Shown: positions 17,344 through 24,639 of the stretch, piece by piece | Numbering within the stretch: the first letter of the stretch is position 1 | Layout: every line of letters starts with the position of its first letter | NCBI GenBank assembly: GCA_964643815.1 | Contig: CAZXUP010000002.1 | Location: 1 to 28,268, forward strand | Reading direction: 5' to 3' | Source of the DNA: an uncultured Vampirovibrionales bacterium | Lineage (GTDB): Bacteria; Cyanobacteriota; Vampirovibrionia; Vampirovibrionales; Vampirovibrionaceae | Length of the DNA stretch: 28,268 nucleotides | The notes under the pieces: generated by a model | Databases searched by the model: none | Told to the model about the DNA's origin: nothing | Seen by the model: the letters and a program-made list of their open reading frames with translations, nothing else | Translations under genes and position numbers: made by a program

Positions 17344-18358
17344 ACCATCGCCGCTGATTAGTATCATCATGCCCGCGCACAACACAGAGACCTATATCGC
17401 GGAAGCCATTCGTTCGGTGTTGGAACAACCGGTCACTGATTTCGAACTCATCATCATCAACAACGGCTCGACGGATCAGACCAGTCAGATCGTGAAGCAG
17501 TTTGACGATCCGCGCATTCACTTGCTGGAAACCGAAAAACTCGGGCCTTCAGGCGCCAGAAATGTCGGGCTTACCCAGGTTCAGGGACGTTATGTCACGT
17601 TTTTGGACGCGGATGATGTCTATCTCCCGGAAACCCTGACATTTTTCATCAACACCTTCCAGAAACACCCCGAGCTGGATCTGATTTATGGCGGGCATGC
17701 GCTCTATTGCAACGCTGACTTGCGTCCCATCGCCAATTCAAAAAAACGTATCAAAACCAGCCAGTCGCTCGAAACATTTGCCAACCGTTTTCCGGCTGCC
17801 GCCCTCTTTGAAAATACAATGGGTTCCCAGCTATCATCCATTATGATCCGCACTGAAACAGCTCGGCAGATCGGCCTGTTTGACACAACACTGACCATTG
17901 GCGAAGACTTTGAATGGATTTTACGACTTCTAGGCGTCGCCAAAACCCGTGTTTTCCTCAATCGGTTTTCCATTTATTATCGCTGTATTTCAACCAGCCT
18001 GATGCGCTCTCCGGAAACCCTACTCAAAAGAATTGAAGGAAGCCAGAAAATCATTTCGATTATTTGTCAGCATGATTTCAAAGATATCCAAGTGAATAAA
18101 AAACGGGCTTATTATGCCGCCAGAAAATGGCTGGACCTCTGCGACAACATGCTCGGTAATGGCTATCAACCATTGGCTGTTCAAATGCTGCGTCAGTTTT
18201 ATCAAGAATCCTACTTTCCAAAGCTACCGTTTTTTATTCGACTCTGCAAACTTTCCGTGAAAATGGTTTTATCCAGTTTAAAGCTCCGACAAAACGCAAT
18301 GCCGGAAACGAACCAACCTGCATTCCGCACCAGAACATTAGCCACCAATATTGAGTGA
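17336..18358 (+). CDS. GT2 family glycosyltransferase
   Basis: SIIMPAHN...YIAEAIRSVL, NNGSTD, GPSGARNVG, FLDADD, GEDFEW. Confidence 0.92.
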   Translation: MPEPSPLISIIMPAHNTETYIAEAIRSVLEQPVTDFELIIINNGSTDQTSQIVKQFDDPRIHLLETEKLGPSGARNVGLTQVQGRYVTFLDADDVYLPETLTFFINTFQKHPELDLIYGGHALYCNADLRPIANSKKRIKTSQSLETFANRFPAAALFENTMGSQLSSIMIRTETARQIGLFDTTLTIGEDFEWILRLLGVAKTRVFLNRFSIYYRCISTSLMRSPETLLKRIEGSQKIISIICQHDFKDIQVNKKRAYYAARKWLDLCDNMLGNGYQPLAVQMLRQFYQESYFPKLPFFIRLCKLSVKMVLSSLKLRQNAMPETNQPAFRTRTLATNIE

Positions 18359-18364
18359 TCGATA

Positions 18365-19447
18365 ATGACTCAGCCGACCGATACCCCACTCATCTCCATC
18401 ATTATGCCCAGTCATAATGCGTCCAAATATATTGCCGAAACCATCGATTCGGTGCTGGCGCAAACCTGCACCAACTGGGAGCTGCTGATTTGTGATGACG
18501 GTTCGACGGACAATACCCAAGAGGTGTTGCAGCCCTATCTGGCCGATCCCCGGATTCGGTACATTCCGCTTGAAAAACAGCCTTCGGTTTACCGGGTTCG
18601 CAATATCGGGTTCTCCCATACACGCGGCGAATTCATCGCGTTTCAGGATGCGGACGATCTGTACTATCCCAACAGCCTGGAAGTGCTCGCCAACGTCCTC
18701 ATGAACAAGCCATCCATCAAGGCCGCTTATGGTTTCTACACCTGCATGGACGCCCAGGGGAACCTTGTGAGCAACCATGGCGTCAACCTGATTTTGCAAG
18801 AAGACGGCCAGTATGCAATCCCTGTCGATTCCAACCACGGTTGGAAGAGCATCATGGCGGGCCGCTGCGTTTCCGTTCTGCAAAATTGCATGCTCCGACG
18901 CAGCTTTATGGAAGCCATTGGCCCCTTCTTTGACGAAGCGACCCATTATGCCGATGTTCAGTTTATCCTGCGCATGTTCATTCAGGATATCGAAGCCATT
19001 GAAGCCGTTCCGGCGTACACGCTGCGTTATCGGCTGCACGAAAAAAGCAGCACAAAAGACCCGAATCAACTGGCGCGCATGCTGGAAAGCCGACTGAAAG
19101 TCGCCAACTGGTTGTACACGCAAAACCATCTGCCCACCGAACTGAACGGCATGAAACGATATTTTTATCTCGTCACCTATTTGAGAACGGCGCGGTTGCA
19201 GCTATTTGAATCCCGTCCGGAAAAAGTGCCCGCAATTTTTATGCTGGCATTGCGCAACCCGCGTGTATCCAAGCTGGATTGCATTGTCCAATTTACACCG
19301 TTGCTGATACTGGCCCTGGTGCCAAACACGCTGTATAAATTCCTCTTTAATACGGCAAAAGATGCCGTCAACTTGTACGGGCATCTTTTGACACGAATGA
19401 GTCAGGCTTTCAGGCAGAACTTCAAGCTTGGCGCCGACTGTTCATAA
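18365..19447 (+). CDS. GT2 family glycosyltransferase
   Basis: SIIMPSHN...YIAETIDSVLAQT, DDGSTD, RNIG, FQDADD. Confidence 0.92.
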   Translation: MTQPTDTPLISIIMPSHNASKYIAETIDSVLAQTCTNWELLICDDGSTDNTQEVLQPYLADPRIRYIPLEKQPSVYRVRNIGFSHTRGEFIAFQDADDLYYPNSLEVLANVLMNKPSIKAAYGFYTCMDAQGNLVSNHGVNLILQEDGQYAIPVDSNHGWKSIMAGRCVSVLQNCMLRRSFMEAIGPFFDEATHYADVQFILRMFIQDIEAIEAVPAYTLRYRLHEKSSTKDPNQLARMLESRLKVANWLYTQNHLPTELNGMKRYFYLVTYLRTARLQLFESRPEKVPAIFMLALRNPRVSKLDCIVQFTPLLILALVPNTLYKFLFNTAKDAVNLYGHLLTRMSQAFRQNFKLGADCS

Positions 19448-19454
19448 AGTCGGC
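19433..19454. terminator. Hairpin at the junction of the convergent GT2 and GH16 genes
   Basis: GCCGACT-N8-AGTCGGC stem overlapping the GT2 stop codon. No T tract. Confidence 0.3.
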
Positions 19455-19476
19455 AGCCTGTAGCAACTGCCTCGCC

Positions 19477-20250
19477 CTATTTATCCTCCTGATAAACACG
19501 GATATAGTCGATTTCCAGATGGTTCGGAAAGACCGTCGAGCTATCCGGATTTCCAGGCCACTTGCCGCCAACGGCCAGGTTGGCGATGAGGTACATGGGC
19601 TCGTTGGGCACATTCGTCTGGGTGCGGAAACGCTCGACGCCATCGATATAGTAAACCAGCAGATTGGGCTGCCAATGGACCCCGAAGGTATGAAACCCCT
19701 TGGAGAAGTCAGGCCCGATATAATTGCCGCCAACCTGCTTCATCACCCCATTGATTGAGGCATGAGACGTCATATAGACCTTCGTGGGCATGTGGCCCAG
19801 CGCTTCCATAATATCCACCTCCGGCGGCCATTTGCCGCTAGCCGGCAACAACCAGAAAGCAGGCCAGTATCCTTTGCCTTTCGGCAACTTGGCGCGCATT
19901 TCAAAATATCCGTATGTCTGGGAAAACTTGTTCCAGGAAGCCAACATGCCGGATGTGTATTTATAGTCATTCACCGTTTTCTTATCAGCCCGGATTCTGA
20001 CCGTGTTGCCGGTAAACTCAAAGGCATTATCCACGTACCACTGCAACTCGTTATTACTGGGCGTGGTTCGGCGCCCCCAGGGAAACGTCGTATTCCACTT
20101 GGTGGTATCCACGGCCCGGCCATTGAATTCTTCGCCAAATGTCTGCCTCCAACCACAAGGCGGGCTTCCTGCAAGCGCTATTGAGCTATTGGCCACCAGG
20201 AATACAAGAATAACCAACGCCATCAAATTCTGTTTCATAGAACGCATCAC
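19477..20250 (-). CDS. Secreted glycoside hydrolase family 16 (beta-glucanase/ExsH-like glycanase)
   Basis: N-terminal signal peptide (..ALVILVFLVANSSIALA), FSQTYGYFEMRAKLP, WPAFWLLP, catalytic E-x-D-x-x-E in WPPEVDIME, FHTFGVHW, NLAVGGKWPG, IDYIRVYQ. Confidence 0.93.
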   Translation of the reverse strand: MMRSMKQNLMALVILVFLVANSSIALAGSPPCGWRQTFGEEFNGRAVDTTKWNTTFPWGRRTTPSNNELQWYVDNAFEFTGNTVRIRADKKTVNDYKYTSGMLASWNKFSQTYGYFEMRAKLPKGKGYWPAFWLLPASGKWPPEVDIMEALGHMPTKVYMTSHASINGVMKQVGGNYIGPDFSKGFHTFGVHWQPNLLVYYIDGVERFRTQTNVPNEPMYLIANLAVGGKWPGNPDSSTVFPNHLEIDYIRVYQEDK

Positions 20251-20557
20251 TCACCTCATAGACGCCTAAGGGAATCCCGGATTTTCTTTGTTAAGCAAAG
20301 TTACAGAATCTCAAACCACTACTCAAACGACCAATCACATCGTTCTGTCTTGAGAGCTGTCTCTGGTATGAGTAGACACAGTTTAGTGCAAGCTGAGTAA
20401 AAATAACAGTATTTACATATTCAAGAAATATACAAAATACATACCGCCTGAATGCTTTACTTGTTGTTACAGAATATGAATTCTGCGCAATTTTCGGCTT
20501 TCAGGCTGCTTTTACTGATTAACATCAACGCAATCTGTCTGTCCAACAGGGAATACA

Positions 20558-21613
20558 ATGACTTCTTCTCGAGAGCAATGGCTTGATATTATGAAAGGCT
20601 TGGCCATCCTGCTGGTGGTCATCGGACATATGTTGCGTGGGTTTACCGCCGCAGGCTTGCACCCGGAATCTCAAGACTATTTTGACTATATCGATTTTAC
20701 AATCTACAACTTTCATATGCCGCTCTTCTTCATGCTTAGCGGCTATCTGTATTCGCGTAATGAGCAATTGAATACGTTGGCCGCATATCCGGACTTTGTT
20801 TTAAAGAAGCTGGTCCGCCTTGGCATTCCGTACATTATTTTCTCCCTCATTCAAGGCTCCATTCGACTTTGCATGAGCGGTCATACCAATCAGGCTATCA
20901 CTGGCAGCACTTTGCTCTCCATTTGGTATGAGCCTTTTGATCAATTCTGGTTCCTTTACGCATTGTTCATCATTTTCCTGATCGTCCCGCTGTTGGAACG
21001 ATTGGTTAAAAATACCCCATTCATTTTCCTGAGCCTGTTACTGCTGGAAATCACAGCGCCGCTCATCCGCACCGAGATCCCGATGATCGATCTGTTTGTA
21101 GCGAATGTTTTTTATTTTTACTGTGGCAGCCTTCTCCTGCGTGTGTCCGGCGGGCAGCCCTTCCAAACGCCTGTATTAATTGGCGGCTCAATGCTCTACC
21201 TGTTTTTCAACCTGCTGTTCTACAGCCGTCCCAACGTCCCCTGGATTCTGTCCGAACTGCTTGCCCCGAGCTTCCTGGCAAGCACGGGCATCATCTTCAG
21301 CCTAACCGTCACCCGGTTTTTACTGCTGAAAGTGAATGCACTCAAAACGCTGTTCAATTGGCTTGGATTGTACTCGTTTGAAATATTCCTGATTCATTCG
21401 ATGGTATCCGCCTCGGCGCGCATTGCGCTCAGCAAAATATTCCACACCGATGACTTGATGTTGCATGTCATCTTCGGCCTCGGACTTGGCATCCTCATCC
21501 CCATTCTCGTAAGCCTGGCTGCCAAGAAGTGGCCCCCGCTTGAATTTACGTTTTACCCCGGTAAATACATTCGCTTCAGAAAAAAGCAGGTCTCACCGGC
21601 TCTGGGTACCTAA
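20558..21613 (+). CDS. Acyltransferase family 3 (second O-acyltransferase)
   Basis: REQWLDIMKGLAILLVVIGH, FHMPLFFMLSG, RLGIPY, FWFLYALF, SFEIFLIH. Confidence 0.92.
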   Translation: MTSSREQWLDIMKGLAILLVVIGHMLRGFTAAGLHPESQDYFDYIDFTIYNFHMPLFFMLSGYLYSRNEQLNTLAAYPDFVLKKLVRLGIPYIIFSLIQGSIRLCMSGHTNQAITGSTLLSIWYEPFDQFWFLYALFIIFLIVPLLERLVKNTPFIFLSLLLLEITAPLIRTEIPMIDLFVANVFYFYCGSLLLRVSGGQPFQTPVLIGGSMLYLFFNLLFYSRPNVPWILSELLAPSFLASTGIIFSLTVTRFLLLKVNALKTLFNWLGLYSFEIFLIHSMVSASARIALSKIFHTDDLMLHVIFGLGLGILIPILVSLAAKKWPPLEFTFYPGKYIRFRKKQVSPALGT

Positions 21614-22391
21614 CTACTCTTCCGCCAGGCGTGACAACTCCAAATCAATCCGCATCTCCCGCGCACCGGGAAATCGTGATTCCACAATAAACTTCAGGCG
21701 GGCATCACTATCGGCAGTATCTCCCCCTTTCTCTGCTTGAGTGTGCGATGGCAACGGGTGTTCAGTCAGAAACCGCCGCGCATAGTCTTCCAGATTTTGC
21801 GCGTCCAGATGAGCATATGGACTTACACGACCATTATGCTGCTGCATCTGCGACAGGAACGCTAACTGGCGTATAAAACGCCAATAAATAGGTAGAAGCT
21901 TTGCTATAATCATCCGCCGCGTTTTCCGCCTCAAAAAAACAGACCCGCATACCTTGGTGAGCAGCATCAGTCACGCCTCTTTCCGGGGCTGGCTGCGCCG
22001 TATTGATGGTAATCAGTTCCGGACGAATTTTCTCCCTGAATACACGTTTCGCCAACTGTATCTCGCCCTGGGTCAGATGCCGATCACCTGCAAGCAAAAA
22101 CCGTTGTGCGCACGGATTGTGGTGAGAAATATCGGGTATAAAAGGCTGGCTCGGTTTCGTCGGTACTGTCGAAACACAACCGGACATCCACCCGAGACAA
22201 ACTCCCAAAACAGCTTTTAAAAACGGAGTCGCTCCAGGCCTGCGACGGCTTTCTGGCCGGGACAATACATTTTCCGCACCGAAAAACAACCGAATGTTCG
22301 CTGATTCAGCGCGACAGACAGAAGCATAAGGAGACTGGTGATTTTGTAAAACGCGTTGCGCAGGAAGTGTTTTCATGACGGCCAGTTTCAA
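21614..22391 (-). pseudogene. Putative lipoprotein resembling 'Rhs/Vgr-related'/DUF4157-like HExxH proteins, split by a frameshift near 21870-21890; zinc motif degenerate
   Basis: ORF 21834-22391 has a lipobox-like LGWMSGC and RHLTQGEIQLAKRVF...DDYSKAS. Overlapping ORF 21614-21967 continues FIRQLAFLSQ at the position of the usual F-I-H-E-x-x-H-V-W-Q. The switch maps to the T4 run (AAAA 21875-21878 on +). Confidence 0.55.
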
Positions 22392-22505
22392 TAAACAGAG
22401 TCGAGAATTGCCTTAAACCCCGTTAACGAAAAAACATGCTAGCCAATCTCAATATTTTTCAATGCTTCTTAACAGAAGGGGGTAACTAACCCCTTACGGC
22501 ACGTA

Positions 22506-22524
22506 TGTCATGGCCGGAATGACA
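22506..22524. repeat. Possible remnant of the same REP-like family as 5075-5104
   Basis: TGTCAT-GGCCGGA-ATGACA shares the TGTCAT/AATGACA arms. A nearby hairpin AAGGGGGT-AACTA-ACCCCTT lies at 22476-22495. Confidence 0.3.
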
Positions 22525-22549
22525 GAGTCGGGTTACGTATCATTATTAG

Positions 22550-23176
22550 CTACGGGTGCGGCTTTTCAGCGCCACTCATCATGTGCTGAGCCATCATGAT
22601 ACCGGCGGTACCGACCAGGGCGCCGCCCATAAAGCTGCAAACCGCGGTGGAAGCCAGCATGGTGCCGCCCATTGCGAGCGCCGCCGGTGCGTTATCTCGT
22701 AGAATGCCGCCCATTTGCTGAACCGCCTGCCTGGCGCCCGTTCCCATATCACGCATGATTTGCATCATGGGTTGAGGGCTTTGAAGCGCGGAAGTCGCAT
22801 ATTGCATGACTGGTAGCTGCATTACTGGCGGTCGCATAGCCATATAGCCCGCGTTACCACTGTTGATGCCATTCCACATACTGCCAAACAGTCCGGCGGA
22901 AGCCTGCCCCAAACCAGTCAAGGCAGATTGGCCGAACGAAAACATATTTCCGGCAAATTGGGTCATCGGGGCCATCCAGTTGCCCCATCCCGCACTCGGA
23001 GCAGGCGCCTGTGAAAATAAAGTCATTTGAGGCTGAGCGCCATAACCATAAGAAGCTTGCACGCCATACGAGGAAGGCAGCATGTTTTGCGCAAGCGGGG
23101 TTATCGAATACGCCGCAGGCTGTTGCATCATCGTGTATTGGGGTCTGTACGCAAAAACACTATTCAGCATCATCAT
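22550..23176 (-). CDS. Hypothetical low-complexity Met/Gln/Gly/Ser/Ala-rich protein (~208 aa) with a hydrophobic Gly-rich C-terminus
   Basis: ORF track gives 22550-23224. AGAGGA Shine-Dalgarno precedes ATG ATG ATG at 23176, suggesting this start. Long open frame with strongly biased composition. Confidence 0.7.
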   Translation of the reverse strand: MMMLNSVFAYRPQYTMMQQPAAYSITPLAQNMLPSSYGVQASYGYGAQPQMTLFSQAPAPSAGWGNWMAPMTQFAGNMFSFGQSALTGLGQASAGLFGSMWNGINSGNAGYMAMRPPVMQLPVMQYATSALQSPQPMMQIMRDMGTGARQAVQQMGGILRDNAPAALAMGGTMLASTAVCSFMGGALVGTAGIMMAQHMMSGAEKPHP

Positions 23177-23347
23177 GCAATTCCTCTGCTCTATTGCTTG
23201 CCTAAAGGCAGACCCTTTGAACACATCACAGGGTAATCAGCCTATTTAATATCATTCTGATATATAAAATAAGGCTTCCAGAAGTCATAAATTGCCTATA
23301 ATATTACAAATACGTTACATTAATTCCAATCCAGCAAGGACGTAAGC

Positions 23348-23902
23348 TCAGTATTGCAAGCCTCTTTGGCGAATTCCCCGGGCAAGACCCGGAATCATTT
23401 TGCTTTTAAACGTCTGAATCATATCGATTTCCTCACTGGACAAGCCTCCCGGATGAGATGAAGGCATCTTTCTCACCCTGGGAAACGGTTTACTGCTGAC
23501 AACCCCATGAAGTCGCCGTCGGTTGGCCTCCGCCTGGCAAACAGGGATTTTATAAGCAAAGGCATCCGCCGCAACATGAAAATCCTCCAGCACAATCGCC
23601 AGCCGTTCAGCCCGTTCTTCCAGTCCGGTTGTTTCACACAGCTTTTTAGCGACCCGGATGGCCAGATTCAAGCGAACCCAATAGGCAACCCCCGGATGCC
23701 GCAAGCCTTCCATCATCGCCAGCCGCACATGATGCCCCGAGAAGGCTGGCTGGCTCCCCTCATTTCCCCGGGGAGCCAGGCGGTAAATTTTGAGAAACGA
23801 GCAACGGCTATCGGCATCCATCGCTTCCAGGATTGCCAGAAAGCGTTGCGCTCGTCTGTTTTTACCCGCCTGGCTTGTCATCCCCTTCCTCACTCTCTTC
23901 AT
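23348..23902 (-). CDS. Hypothetical protein, probably co-transcribed with the flavodoxin
   Basis: 184-codon ORF starting 6 nt after the flavodoxin stop (TAA TGAAGG ATG). No recognisable motif. Confidence 0.55.
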   Translation of the reverse strand: MKRVRKGMTSQAGKNRRAQRFLAILEAMDADSRCSFLKIYRLAPRGNEGSQPAFSGHHVRLAMMEGLRHPGVAYWVRLNLAIRVAKKLCETTGLEERAERLAIVLEDFHVAADAFAYKIPVCQAEANRRRLHGVVSSKPFPRVRKMPSSHPGGLSSEEIDMIQTFKSKMIPGLARGIRQRGLQY

Positions 23903-23908
23903 CCTTCA

Positions 23909-24373
23909 TTAAGCGCTAATGGGCTGTTGCAGACCCAGTGCATTGATAACCCCCTGCAGCCACTGATCGGAAGCCGCGTCATACTCCCAATCGCATTCCT
24001 GCATCGGAAAAACACGCTTTGCGCCCTGGCTTTCCAACGCTTCGTCAAAGTCCTTGCCGCACTTGCAAAAGGCCGGGTACGACGTATCGCCCAATGCACA
24101 GACACTAAAAGAGACGCCGCTGAGATCGACTTTCTGGGTTTGCAACTCACCCAGCAGATCGTAGGCGTTGGACGGCGGGTCCCCATCGCCCCAGGTGCTG
24201 GTGACAATCAAGACCCGGCTGTAGTTTGCCAACTGCGCCAGTTTGATATCGGCCATATCAATCGACTGAGCCTGAAAGCCCTGCGCCTTCAGTTTCACTT
24301 CAGCCATATCCGCCACACCCTGGGCATTGCCGGTTTCAGAACCCCATAGAATCGCAATCGTATCACTTGCCAT
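23909..24373 (-). CDS. Short-chain flavodoxin (MioC/CysJ-flavodoxin-domain type)
   Basis: WGSETGNAQ (FMN phosphate loop), TSTWGDGDPP, ALGDTSYPAFC. AGAGGA Shine-Dalgarno. Confidence 0.95.
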   Translation of the reverse strand: MASDTIAILWGSETGNAQGVADMAEVKLKAQGFQAQSIDMADIKLAQLANYSRVLIVTSTWGDGDPPSNAYDLLGELQTQKVDLSGVSFSVCALGDTSYPAFCKCGKDFDEALESQGAKRVFPMQECDWEYDAASDQWLQGVINALGLQQPISA

Positions 24374-24463
24374 CTGTTTGTTCCTCTTTCGTGTTCAATG
24401 TCATAAAAAAGCCGCGGCCGCCGCATGCACAGCCACACTGATATCCAAAAGACAATTCGAAGA

Positions 24464-24522
24464 ATAGCCTATTGAGAATTATTATCAATTGCCAGTATAG
24501 CCTATTGAGAATATTTATCAAT
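24464..24522. promoter_or_regulatory. Two tandem Fur-box-like operators within 26-bp direct repeats (33-bp period)
   Basis: ATAGCCTATTGAGAATTATTATCAAT (24464-24489) and ATAGCCTATTGAGAATATTTATCAAT (24497-24522), 24/26 identical. Cores TGAGAAT-T-ATTATCA and TGAGAAT-A-TTTATCA differ by 1 and 2 bases from the 7-1-7 Fur consensus TGATAAT-N-ATTATCA. Confidence 0.75.
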
Positions 24523-24639
24523 AAGCTTTCTCAAAGAACATCATTTTTTCCTCTGAACACAGTAGAGCACCCTCTCTCGAATCGAACTCAACGATTCAAA
24601 TAGTTCGCTGTATGATGAATGGGAGAGGAGGATGATTTT

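Noticed and set aside
21933-21939. T7 run (minus strand) as a programmed -1 frameshift site joining the two ORFs
   Set aside because: The join needs +1 (or -2), and the conserved-looking DDYS segment lies after this run in the first frame, so the switch must be further downstream.
24405-24426. GC-rich stretch plus T6 in the flavodoxin leader as an attenuator
   Set aside because: Only a 4-bp stem with a 3-nt loop can form, and it is separated from the T run. Too weak to call.
24464-24522. The 26-bp direct repeats as a minimal CRISPR array
   Set aside because: Only two copies with a 7-bp spacer and no cas genes; better explained as Fur-type operators.
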